This document shows, one piece after another, positions 1-12,877 of a DNA stretch of 64,000 nucleotides. This DNA is from the human T2T-CHM13v2.0 reference genome, Homo sapiens. Every line of letters begins with the position of its first letter. The first letter of the stretch is position 1. Where the stretch lies: the NCBI RefSeq assembly GCF_009914755.1, contig NC_060935.1. The stretch is one strand, 5' to 3'. Under the pieces are notes generated by a model that saw only the letters and a list, made by a program, of their open reading frames with translations, was not told where the DNA came from and did no database searches. Both the position numbers and the translations under genes were made by a program.

Positions 1-156
1 TAGCCTAGAGAGCACCAATCTGTGTGCAAAACTAATTAGTTCCACTTGAGATAAGTTAGAGGTACTTGCAAAGAATGGATCAAACCTGTTTTGATAACTA
101 GAAGACATTAACTCAAAACTCAACACAAATTTGGTATTATAAATATAGCCAATGCA

Positions 157-475
<319 letters not shown>

Positions 476-1698
476 TCAGGATATAATAACAAAAAAGTAT
501 GATATCCACAGGAGTAATGTATGAATACTTAATTTGTAGGCAATAGTTATCACATTCAAAGTCAATATTTGCAAGATGAAGCATAACTAGAAGAGGGAGA
601 CTAGAACAATAAAAAGCCATATCAAATGGGAAACTTAGTGTTTTGAGTTACTGGAACCAAAACTTCATCAAAGTCTGTTATACATACAAATGCCTTGTGT
701 CTATAGCTTTTGAGAAAATTGAAGAAAAAAGCCACAATACTATATTTGAATTAGCTTAGAGCATGTTTAGTAGTTAAGAGAATTTGAAATGCTTGCTTGG
801 AGATGTTAAAGAAATATACCTTATGTCTCAACACATATAGGCAGTCATGGCTACTTACCTCTTACTGGTCTATTCATGCAGAAATTATTCAAAACTGGCA
901 AGAGCTGCTTTTGTCTTCTAAGAACATAGCATAATGCTTATCAGTGAAAATAAAAAGTCAAACATTTGGAGAAAGGGAAAATTCAAAGTTCATGTCCATT
1001 TTCCTGGGGTACAAAGGATAGACAGAATTTTTATGATAGTATTATTTCTTTAGGAAAAAACAGGATACTAATTACATCATTTTTCCTTTATAGAAAATCC
1101 ACCTATAAATCCAGGGATTGTATGAACACACCAAACAACCTTTGGTTCTGTTGCTCTTCTGAATCCCAATGTGATTAAAATGTTCCTGAGGTTTCCCTAA
1201 CCACCAACTCAGGTTCTAAGTATTTAGGATGTAGTAAAGATAAAATTTTGTTAAAGAGACAGCTAAAGCTAATTTTTACATAGAAAAAAATGTATATTTA
1301 TATCCCTAAAAGGCAATACAGAATTTATAACCAAACCATGTGTGAGAACTGTTAAATTACATTCCAAATACCAGCAGTGGAACAAACAGAAACACAGAGA
1401 TGTTTTAAAAAACATGCAGCACGTTACAAAGAGGCCGTGTAATAATTCACAACTTTTGTTAGCAGCCGTTAAGTTTGATTAGTATTAAGCAGCAATGGTT
1501 TAAGCAATTTTAAATCATGATATGATAGTTACATATATGCATTTTACTGTTCCAATTATAGTTTAGTAATAGGTCAGGGGTTTGAGCAACATTTTAAGCA
1601 TTATAATTTTCTCCTAAATTATTTACTATGGGAAATTGGCTTCCACTTAAGGTTTTCATAGAAACTGATGGTTATTTTATGAGGGAGATGTCTGGACG

Positions 1699-1820
1699 TA
1701 TGTGTGTATGTGCATGTGTGTGTGTGTATATACACACACATAGATAAATTAGAATTTGCAGATATTATGTGTATATATATACACACATATATAATATATA
1801 TATTATATATATATATAATT
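1699..1820. repeat. (TG)n/(CA)n/(TA)n compound microsatellite
   Basis: Visible dinucleotide runs. Confidence 0.85.
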
Positions 1821-2719
1821 TTTTAGTCATGTTTTTAGTCATTTGCTTTTTTTTTTAGTCATTTACCGGTTTCTCATAAGACATCCAGTCACTTCTTTTC
1901 CCTTGCCCTTTCCTAACACTGTTCCTAACATTTGGGTACCACCCCTTAGCTCCTGCGACCCATGTGGTTTTGGAGAAAGCTGATCACACTCACGGTGACA
2001 GGCCATGGTTGGAAGTAACATGTTCCACTTTTCACGAAAAGTAATAGATCTGAATATCATTCATGGTTAACAATAGATAGTGTGACATTTGGGTATGACC
2101 TGCTGGTAGAAATAGGGCATGATTCCCTGGAAGTAAGTCACTTACACCAACCCAAGTTCTAATTCTTTAAGATGTAGTAAAGACAAAATTGTTCTTGCTA
2201 TATTAAAATGGAAGAAAGGATTTGCAGAGTTCAAGGATGATATGCTCTAGCTCTATATGCACTCCGCTATCAATCTTTCCTTTTACTTTCTGCCTTGAAA
2301 AAATCATTTTAATAAAATCAAAAATTTTCATTCTAAAATACAGTTCAATGATTTCACTACCCTTTATGAACAAAAACAGCACGAATCCTCTAAAGAAGAA
2401 AATTGAGCCAAATTGTTATGTTTTGCCTAGATATTCACACAATATTTCACACCATAATAGAAAAAATAATTTTTCCATGAGAAGTCAAGAGACCTGTATT
2501 ATATAATAGTTCAAACTTTTAAAAATTAACATGTACAATACACTGCAGTATAACATAATTTTTGTTGGAGGGGTAGATGAAGATAGTGGCTCAGTTTCCT
2601 TTGTGTAAAGCAAGTGAACTTGGTCGATTTAACTTAAAATTTCTATTAGCACTTAATATCTGCAAATTTTAATTTAGGGCTCAACATGTGGCCTTGCCAT
2701 TTAAAAGAGCTATCAGCCT

Positions 2720-3785
2720 TAATAGCTAACACAAATTCTTTTATTTCAGTGTATTATATAGGAGAAACAAAAAATGCTATAAAATTCATGTTTCTAATGA
2801 ACAAAAATGTTAAGGTTTATGACTATGCATTGTATAGAATTACCTAATATTTTTATATCTGAAGTAGACCTTTTGTAAGTACAGTACCTACATGTTTTTT
2901 TCATACATTCATACTTGCCTTCGCAGTTTCACATCTGTATAAATCTTATGATCGTTCTCTAATAAGTACACAAGATTAACACTACTTATGAAATATGGAC
3001 AAATATATTACTACTCATTATAACCCATCCAGATTATTAGTTTAACTCATTCAATTACTACAAAGATCCTTACAGAGCTGAATTTAATATACAATAGAAC
3101 ATCACTGCCCTCTGATGGTATCACTAATATATAATTTTAAATTCAGCAAACAAAAAATCCTTTATCATAAAGTAAAACAGGGTATGTTAATTTTATAAGC
3201 TACATAAATAAAAATAAATTGGAAAAAATTTTACATCTGCCTAAGAATACTCATTACTAAGTTATAAAAATTTACAGTGCTCCTTCACATCAGCCCTTCA
3301 AATGATTTTTTCAAGATTCTCCCTGATGATCAGTTTAAAGGCACTAAGTCCATAAGTTTAATCAAACATCTTCATAGTGAAATAAAAACAGATGTAACGC
3401 GATGCAGCACAAATATAAGTAGTTAGATCATTTTATAAAGGATGAAAAGACAACTGCGAATTTTAATCTTAGAGGTATATGCAGAATGTTTACATGCAGT
3501 GTATGTATATTCACTATTTAGTTCCATTTTTTAACTACTAAGAAAAATAGCAAATCACCCACTAACTGCAGAAGAGCAAATGTAGGAAAATCAGTATTTA
3601 ATGAAAAGTCTAGCCATTCTCTAAGCTTGAAAATCAACGTTTTTTTAGCATTGCACTTAAGGGCAATAATATTACAAAGTCTGAATCTTCATTTACTCAA
3701 AGAGAAGAAATTAAATTGATGAAGCCCACTTGATTGCAGATAATAAACAGTTATTGGCAGTAGATTCTTCTACTCATGTTATGCT
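2720..3785 (-). other. SVIP: SVIP 3' UTR (proximal form); may extend further toward ~1280
   Basis: Repeat-free AU-rich sequence after the stop. AATAAA on the minus strand at 2745-2740. Confidence 0.7.
2740..2745 (-). terminator. Polyadenylation signal AATAAA for SVIP
   Basis: tttatt on the + strand at 2740-2745, about 1 kb after the SVIP stop. Confidence 0.65.
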
Positions 3786-3800
3786 TTATGAAACTGTCCA
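3786..3800 (-). CDS. SVIP: SVIP coding part of terminal exon 4, WTVS-stop
   Basis: Long polypyrimidine tract, then tcttttctag|TGG ACA GTT TCA TAA. Total 18+17+38+4 = 77 aa. Confidence 0.96.
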   Translation of the reverse strand, partial: WTVS

Positions 3801-4074
3801 CTAGAAAAGATAAAAAAGAGACAGAAAAGTAAATTTTACTTGAAGTTATATAACAGTACTTCAGTGAACAAACAGGTAAAAAGAGGAATATGGGACATAG
3901 AAATACAAAATGATTTTTCTGAATAGCAGCTATTCATAAAATTTTACATTATAGTCCAAAGCCTGAAATAAGATGATAGTTTAAAAGCATAAAGAAGACA
4001 AAATATCTGGTCAGATTGGTGGGTAGTTGCAGGATAGCTCTGTCTCACTGTCTTGCCTGTAGTTTTCAAGAGTA

Positions 4075-4790
4075 ACTGTAGAATGTGCTGGGAATGTAAC
4101 ATCCTGGGATAGCAAATGAATGGCCAAGGACAGCTCAAGTTCTGTTCCAGTCCCTCCCTAAAGACAGGACGTCCTTCAATGCTTTAGCCCAAGGAGTCAT
4201 GTAGTACCTCCCCTTCTAACCCCCAGGTCATAAAACCCAGGGCACTCATCTGAGGTTCAAGTGGGGCACACACAGATGTCATCAACCCCAGGCAGTTTTC
4301 CTTGGGAGACAAGCTTATAATGAATCCTAGGCTTCTGTTGTCCCTTGTTGCCAATCTGTAAGTAATAAACTCACTCCACGTTAAATGTTTTTGGTTTTGT
4401 TTTGGGATTTTCTTGAGACAGGGTCTCACTCTATCGCCCAGGCTGGGGTGAGGTGGGAATGGCTCACTGCAGCCTTAACCTCGCAGGCTCAAGTCATTCT
4501 CCCACCTCAGCCTCCCGAAAAGCTAGGACCACAGGCACATGCCACCACACCTAATTTATTTTTTATTTTTGTAGAGACAGGGTCTCGCTATGTTGCCCAG
4601 GCTGGTCTCTTAACTCCTGACCTCAAGTGATCATCCCATCTTCTCAGCCTCCCAAAGCCTTCCTCTCACAGCTGAGATTACACGTGTGAGTGACTGTGCT
4701 CAGCCTCTTCATGCAAATGTTACATGCATGAGTATTCTGTCCACTGGACTCTGAAGTTGGTAACCACTGCACAGTGAACCTGCTATTCAG
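4075..4790 (+). mobile_element. Old solo LTR (probably ERVL class, LTR40/MER54-like), split by an Alu
   Basis: TATA-like cataaaacccaggg ~4228 and aataaa ~4364. LTR-like sequence resumes after the Alu. Family assigned from memory only. Confidence 0.55.
4388..4706 (-). mobile_element. Alu (AluJ-like)
   Basis: T-rich tail then gagacagggtctcact...gctcactgcagcctt...ctcccaaag. Confidence 0.9.
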
Positions 4791-5088
4791 TAGCAAGAGC
4801 CTAAATATCCAATAATCAGTAAAGGAACACAAAATAAAACACAACAAAACAAAAATTTAAAAATTCTTGTTTGAGCCAGGGAGTCAAGAAATGGCAGAAA
4901 CCATTAAAAAATGGTTTGGCAAGGTCTTTTCCTTCTTGAGTTAAGAAAATATTCCATTTGCCCCTTTGTTTAATGAAGTCTATTAAATCTGTGATAGGTC
5001 CTGAAGAGCCATTAGGATAGAACCAGAGATATTTGGCAATCTCTTGATAGTGTTTTCCAAGTACATCCAAGGAATATTATTGGGTGTT

Positions 5089-5190
5089 TTATATATATAT
5101 ACACACACACATATATATATATATACATATATATACGTATATATATATGTATATATATACGTATATATATACACACACATATATATAAAA
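5089..5190. repeat. (TA)n/(CA)n microsatellite
   Basis: Visible dinucleotide runs. Confidence 0.9.
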
Positions 5191-5407
5191 TCTATGTTTA
5201 AATAAATTTTCAACATTAAAGATTAATCCAAGTAAACTTGCTTTTCTTCATTGTACAATTTCTTAGAGGCCATAATTCTGTGCCTTTTTTAGTCTCTAAG
5301 AAGGGGATATAGTCTACAATATACAATTTAGCATTTTTAAACATTTATTCCCATGGGACTCTATCTTCCAAAACATCTCTCTTAGGACAAGTGTTATAAA
5401 CGCTAGG

Positions 5408-5580
5408 ATAGTGATTCTCAATCTGGGTTCACATTAGATTACCTTGGGAAGCTTAAAACAGTCCTGATGGCTAAACCCTACTCTCAGAGACTGACTGGTG
5501 TGAGGTGGAGCCCAATGAACAATCCTTTTTGAAAGCTGCCTATGAAACTCCAACATGCAGCTAAGGTGGAAAGCCATTGT
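5408..5580. mobile_element. MER5-type hAT-Charlie DNA transposon
   Basis: agtgattctcaa...cacattaga...ggtgtgaggtggagccca...aaagccattg pattern. Confidence 0.6.
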
Positions 5581-7868
5581 ACTAGAGGTCTACCCTTACT
5601 CCCGTGCTGCTATATCCTGTACTGATAGTACTTTGCATCCTGATGCCATCATCACATTGACTTCTTCAGGTAAGAAGTCAGAAGACAGCATTACCCATGC
5701 TAATTACCCTGGAAAGATGCAGCACTGGTCAGGAGATGAATAGGTGAAAGGCATGAAGACAGGGAATGCAAACTAGACTCATACTCTAGGTAGAGTCAGG
5801 TCAGAAAGACTCTACCTAGGGAAGAGTCTTCCTAACCTTCCTACCTTAGGAAGACTCTACCAATACTTCAGGCCAGCCCATGAAACAAGCCAGACAGCAG
5901 CCATTAAAGGACCATAGGCCAAGCGTTTTGACGGTTAAGTACTTCTGCCTTGTATTTTTCCCTTCTGTTATCCCTGAGCCTTCCAGAATTTTTTCACTTC
6001 ATGCTCTTGACATGTTGTGCATGTGTCAAGCAGAATGGAGCATGCCACTTGAAGCTAGTGTGGTAGTGGTAGGTGATGAGGAATATTCCAAGGAAAAATT
6101 ACTCACAGTGGACAACAGCAGTGGCTAATGACAGTGAGCCACTGGAGAAAATCCTCCTGCCACTATATAGTTTCAAGGTCCTGAAGGTCATTTTTACTAA
6201 GTGAGTTTGAGAGATTTCTTACAAGAACAGTACACAAAGAAAAACAGAAACTAAATTTAACTTTGGGTATGTTTTACATTTTGAGCACTTTTGAATGGAT
6301 TGTAAGTAATATAAGGCCTAAATTTTTTTTTTAATCTATAGACTTCAGAGTGTGGAAGCTTCAAGTTTAAGAAAGCCTCTTTCTTTATTATACTTTAAAA
6401 GCTGATGTTAATTTCATTAGGTTAGAACTTGTGAAGTGTCTTCTTAATTATGATTAAGTGTTGATTAAATTATCCTTTTCCTATAACATTACGTATGACT
6501 TTAACTTAATACCTTCACCACTTCTACTGTGAAATAGTGGATCTCATTATTTCCAGTCCTACAATTTAACTTTTGTAATTTTGTGTTTGTTTTTGACAAC
6601 CTTATATGAAGTAAACCTAGTGAAACAGCACTTTATCTCAACAGAATATTGAGATATGATAAAGAATTGACCTCGTTATCACCCAACTGTTTTACTTTAC
6701 ACTAGACCTATTCTGTTCTATTATGGAATTATAAAAAACATAAGCAAAATGGTCAGACTTATTTACCTTATATTGAAACTAATTATATATTGCTAAAAGT
6801 TCACCATAAAAAAACTTCATAAATTTTCATTCGTTAAATGATATAAGATGAAGTAACGTACAATAGTAAAATACACAGACACACATTCTTATTTCTGTGA
6901 TATTCTTGAGCCAGAATCAACTGCTCAGGGTGTTCATAAACTGCCTGCCCCACAAGTTACGAGAGTATCTACATGTAGGCAAGTGTATGTGTATATGTCC
7001 ATGTATATGTATGTGCATGTGTGTGTGTGTGTAGTTTTGAGAGAAAAAAACCAATAAATCTGTTGAAAGGTACTCATAAATCATTGACAAGTTAAATATA
7101 AATGACTGAAATTAAAGACATTGTCCTTTTCACAAATATACTACTATTTACTTTAAAAATGGACCAAGAATAAATTCTTAATATCTGAGCCATTATTTTC
7201 CTGAGCTTTAAGGGATTTTAAAAATAAATCCTTTAAAGTCCTGCTAGAGTGTAAAGACTCCAGCATTCAGAGACTCTGCTTAACTTGTCCACCATTATAT
7301 TCCCAGTGTCTAGCTCTGGGATCCATATCTAGGGAGGTATGTGTATGATACCCACACCTGTATACATTCTGTAATCCAAATTAACATTTACATAACTATA
7401 ATAAACAGGGGCAATGGAAAGATCAAAGATTCCAAATCAATGCGTAAAAGAGCTCAGGCCATAAAACAGAACTTATAGCGTAATCCAATTTAATAAGATA
7501 TATAAATGAAGGTTAGAAATTATGTCTGTCAAAATGGTACTTAGTTTGGATGACTTTTACACTTCTTTATACTTCTCCATATTGCTTGAATTTTTGAATT
7601 ATTTAAGATTAGTAGTAAGCATAAGAGTATTAAAATATATATAGTGTTAAAATAATAAATCTATTATTTCATTTTGGGGAAAAAAGCTAATTGATTCCAA
7701 TAAATGTTAAAATAAATTGGTATTACTTCCAATATTTACTACTCATGCTTTTAAACTATTTCAAAATTTTCTGATAATACATTTCAGGAGAAAATTATGA
7801 ATGGATTGCTACTTAAGTTTTTTTAAAATGCCAGTTAAGTTAATCACTAAGAAAATTTTAATACTTAC

Positions 7869-7982
7869 CCTAAGTCCACCTTCTGGTGGGGGCCCGGATG
7901 TAGCAATTTGTTTTTCTATTTTTTCCTTTTTCTTTCTCTTTTCTTGCACAGATTGAACATCTAAAATTCCCCGAGATGCAGC
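7869..7982 (-). CDS. SVIP: SVIP coding exon 3, AASRGILDVQSVQEKRKKKEKIEKQIATSGPPPEGGLR
   Basis: tttcttcaag|GCT GCA ... CTT AGG|gtaagtat. 114 nt, phase 0/0. Embedded in ORF 7809..8039. Confidence 0.97.
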
Positions 7983-8485
7983 CTTGAAGAAATTTGATAA
8001 GAAAAACAGAAAGACAACAAAAATCTGTCCAGTGTGCAAAACATTTTTTTGTCTATCTTTGCTTTCTAGGTTTTTCTTTGGGGGTAGGGAGTTGGTTTAT
8101 TTTTGGTAACATAGAAGGAGTGTTTCTACAACAGCCTTACATAAAACATCATTTCTTCACTGGGTATTTTGTAACTATACAAATTTTCCCCTAAACTTGC
8201 TTCACATCTGTAAGTATTTTACAATGCACAGCCATTTTAAAAGGAAGGATGTTACTAAAAGAGTATCTGAATTTAGAGAAGATATGATAGTTTTCATATA
8301 TTAATATAAATATATTAATGCAATTCATATAAATAAGGAAATCATTTTGAAAATAATTACATTTAAATGTAAATTTTTGGGATATCAAAGGCCATTTGCG
8401 TTAGAAAATCTAGCTATGGACATCTATGAAGAATAAAGTCCAAACTCAATTATCTAAGTAGGCAAAACTTGATCTTTAATCTTAC

Positions 8486-8536
8486 CTCTTTTTGTCTTCT
8501 CTCTGCAGCCTCTGCAAGCTTTGCTCTTTTCTCTTC
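8486..8536 (-). CDS. SVIP: SVIP coding exon 2, EEKRAKLAEAAERRQKE (VIM motif R-x5-AA-x2-R)
   Basis: tttatttag|GAA GAG AAA AGA ... AAA GAG|gtaag. 51 nt, phase 0/0. Confidence 0.97.
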
Positions 8537-9014
8537 CTAAATAAATGTGTAAAAATATGTATTAAAATAACAAACATTATTATTAATAAATTATTCACAT
8601 TTATTTCATAGGCACTATAACAATTTACAAAAATATTCGGTACTGGCCCTAAATGTCCCACAAAGAATGCCACTACTCAACTTTTTGAATTTCATTCTCC
8701 TAATCAATATGCCTTCAAATCAGCACATGCTAAAACAGATACAAGGTTTACCTATATAATCATTTATTTACTCTCTTTTTTAATAAAAAGGCCTACAAGC
8801 TAGTCAGGGCAATAACAAAACAAATAATGTTTACAAATACAAAAAGGAAAATACATGGTTTGTTACTGCCGGTTAAAATGGAGTCTGAAGTAACCTGGTG
8901 TTTTTAGGAAAGGTTAATAAATGAAGTGGGCTAATCTCAGTGTGTAGGAGGGAAGGACTGGAGTAATTTCATGAGAGGTATTGTTCCATATCAGAAAACA
9001 GTGAATGCTATTTT

Positions 9015-9320
9015 TCTAGACCATGTACTACTTATTATAAAGCCCTTTTTCTAGGTGCTGGGATACAACAGTGTAAAAACATAGATAAATGTCTCCTCCC
9101 AAATGAAACAAATTCCAATTGCGGGCGCACAGACAAATATAATGAAGTAAGTAAACGTCTGTCAGATGGCATGGCAGATAAGTAATGGGAGAATGGGTGG
9201 GTGGTATTGTGGGGAATATATTTTGTTTAACGTGGTCAGCAAAAGCTTCACTGGTAAAGTGACATCCAAGCAGTGAGCCGTGTGGTTATCAAGGGAAGAG
9301 GGTATAGTATGAGGATGGGG
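9015..9320. mobile_element. L2 fragment
   Basis: ctaggtgctgggatacaacagtg... motif typical of L2. Confidence 0.5.
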
Positions 9321-9889
9321 GGGAGGGCTTAACAAATCTGACATGTTATATTTTATCGACAGCCAGAACAACAAAATCAACTTAATTTAAAACAACAGCA
9401 GCAACAAAGAGAAGCTGAACTTTCCCACATCAAATTTATAAGTACTAAATTTTTAGTATCTATAGTAGCTGAAGAGTTAATGTACTTCCCAAAAATACTT
9501 CATTTTCTTCAACTAATTTTTAGCTAGAGAAGAGAAACAGGTTTATGTTAACTCCCTGTAAGGAGTACTAATGTAAAGATACTGTTAACAGAAAGCTACA
9601 AAAAGTGTACATGTATTGTACCACACACCCACTAGCTACATTTGAATTTCAGATAAGCAATGAGTAATGTTTTTGTAGAACTAGATCCCTAATATTGCAT
9701 GGCACAAAACGATATTATAAACGTATTCCTTGTATATCTGAAATTCGAATGTAACTGGGTGTCCAGTATTTTTATTAAATACGACATTATAAATTGGACA
9801 CTCTGTACTACATATTCTTTTAAAGGGAGAACGTAAAAGAATGAGATAAATACTAAAAAGAAATCATTAAAAAAACATATCCGATAAAG

Positions 9890-10760
9890 CTCAGGCGTAT
9901 AAGCGACTTTCCGAGCACCTTCTTTTAAAAGATGGTAGACACAGTTGAAAACGCACATCTCCTAGACGACTAAAGAGCTCCCGGAGAAAGCAATGTCTTT
10001 TCGCGCCGAATTCCATCTACCACATCCCCCGGAATGTCCCACGCGTAACGCCCTCTGCGTGCGCCGGCGCCCTATGAAGATCCGGCGCAGCTAAAGTCAG
10101 TGGAAGGTAGAAAGACGCCACAGCCGCCTTTCGACAACTTTTTGTTACAAAAGTGGAGATCTACACGGAGGCGACGGCCTAGGTCGCTCTGACAGGACCC
10201 AACGACCCTCCTGACGCGTCCACCCGTCCTCGCTAGCAGGGTCCCCCAGCGGGCTCTCGACCTGCGCCACCAGGTACAATGGCTCGGCCCGCCCCGCAAC
10301 CCGAGGACAGGTGCTCAAGGCGCGGCCCGGCGGACGCAGGGACCTGCTCTACTCACCAGGTCCGGCGTGGGAGGCGCGGACTCCCCGGGACAAGGAAAAC
10401 ACAGCCCCATAGGGACGACAGCTTGAGAACCCTGACCGGGTCCGGCCCAGGCCAGGCGGCGCTAACTGCGCGGTCCGGAGCCGGTCCCTGGTCCTCCGCG
10501 CTTGCCCCGCCCCCACCGCCCTCCGCTGGCTCGGCTCCGCCCCAGCGGCAACGCCCCGCCCCCACCCCGCGGCTCTGCCCCGCCTCGCCTCTCTGCGGCA
10601 ACGCCCCCCTCTTCTCGCGACACCAACCAGTCCCACAGCTCAGCTGCGCCCCCTTAAGGCATTGCCCCTTCCTCACCCACAGCTCCGCCTACCCCCGCCC
10701 CGCGACCGCTGGGCTTGTGGCCAAAGCCTAGGTTCCAGGAAACACCTGCTGTGGGTAGCA
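9890..10760. promoter_or_regulatory. CpG island / SVIP promoter with multiple GC boxes
   Basis: Abrupt GC- and CpG-rich segment in AT-rich DNA spanning SVIP exon 1. CCCGCCC/CCGCCC boxes at ~10505-10585 and ~10695. TCTCGCGACA at 10613-10622. No TATA box seen. Confidence 0.92.
10357..10410 (-). CDS. SVIP: SVIP (small VCP/p97-interacting protein) coding exon 1, MGLCFPCPGESAPPTPDL
   Basis: Minus strand reads ATG GGG CTG TGT TTT CCT TGT ... GAC CTG|gtgagt. 54 nt, phase 0, inside the CpG island. Joins three more exons to give the 77-aa SVIP sequence. Gly2 myristoylation plus Cys4/Cys7. Confidence 0.97.
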
Positions 10761-11419
10761 ATGCAGGGAAGGGATGGAAAAGCTTCGCTACGGTTCCAAA
10801 GCTCTTCCTGCTAACCTTGCCTTACCATTTATAAATGAACGAGTGGTACAGCTCTGGGTAGTTCATGCTACCTTTTTTTATGAGATGGGACTCTGGTGTC
10901 CTAGAAATTAAAGCCAAAATTCCAAGTAAACATCAGCACCCTTTTCTCCCTTCTTAGTGACAGTGCTATTCCAGAACAGAGGGCAGAATATAAAATCCAT
11001 TATTATGACGATGAATCTAGCGTCATAAATGTGGCATTAGTTGACATTTCCACTAGTTTCTGGTATTTAGAAGTCATTTATCCTTCCGAGAGAAATAATA
11101 AAGTTTCATCTACTGAGAAATGTTTTAATGATTCTCCTCAAATTTTAATAAGTATGAGAATCAGCTGGGCAACTAGTTAAAATTTACTTGCTGATTTAGT
11201 AAGTATAAGGTGGGACCTGAGATTCATTTCCAGTAAACCCACAGGTGATACTAAAGTTACTGATCTCGTCTCCACACAAATGCTTTTATTTTATTTTATT
11301 TTATTTTTGCATTCTATTAGTTATTTCTGCTTATGTAAAAATTTTCAAACATTACAAAAAGGTAGGATGTATAGTGACAGCGTCTCAGAAACCATTGTCG
11401 GCTTTTTGATATACTTGCT

Positions 11420-11820
11420 GGTTAATTTTTTATAGATGTATAATTTACATATAATATTATGCACTTATTTTGATTGTAGAGTTCACTGAGTTTTAACAAA
11501 CATGTGATCACCACATTCAAGATATGTAAGTTTTCCATCACCCAAAAACCTTCTATTGTACCCAATCCCATTCAATACTTTATCCTATACCTAGATCCAG
11601 GAAACTATTAATTTGTTTAATATCACTTTAGTCTTTAAGTTTTGCATAAATGTTAATATCACTATAGTCTTTAAGTTTTACATAAATGAAATATACAATA
11701 TGTTTTGCAAAAGCCATAATATTTTCTAAATTCTTCCATGTTATTGAATGAAACAGTAGTTTATTCCTTAAATAATAGGGGATGATGCTTTTTTAATACT
11801 ATTATTCGATTGCATGGGCC
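11420..11820 (-). mobile_element. Old L1M 3' fragment, continuing at ~12820-12875, ~13920-14240 and ~14700-14850
   Basis: gatgtataatttacat...ttccatcacccaaaa...; fragments separated by nested insertions. Confidence 0.6.
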
Positions 11821-11954
11821 GTTTCTAAGGGTAAATAAAAATATATAAAGAAAAAATGAAGGTTCTCTGTTGCAAAAAGAGAAAGATAACTACCCACCTC
11901 CTCTTTAGCATTGTGTTTAGAAAACGTGAAATTGTAAGCGCTATCTCTGTCTCA

Positions 11955-12470
<516 letters not shown>

Positions 12471-12877
12471 TTACTGTCTAGGCACTTGGCTTCAAGATGG
12501 AGCTTTCTGCTTGTCAAGAGATACAAGTGTTATTCTTTCCTTTAGATTTCTTTTAGATAAAAACAATTAACATGTGTGTAGTGGACTGTATCTGACAGGC
12601 TATATAAAAATGGTGAAGAATGTTTTCATTGCAAACTCTTTAGTAGATTGCTTCTGATAGAAATCACAATCGATTTCATGCTTATTCAATGATAAAACTG
12701 TTTCTTTTCTGCATTTGTGGAGAGTTTCCTGCATTGGCAGATTTTGTTTTTAATTATTATCAAAACACTTTCCATGACATAATTATTTCCCCAACACTTT
12801 CCATGGTTTATTGATTTTTATTTTTAATAAACATTATTGAGATATAAAATACAATTAACACATCTACTTTAGGTGTA

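Noticed and set aside
10072-10731. Long overlapping ORFs (75-150 aa) in the CpG island
   Set aside because: Stop-poor GC-rich sequence gives long ORFs by chance. They have low-complexity P/G/R/A composition and are out of frame with, or antisense to, the real SVIP exon 1.
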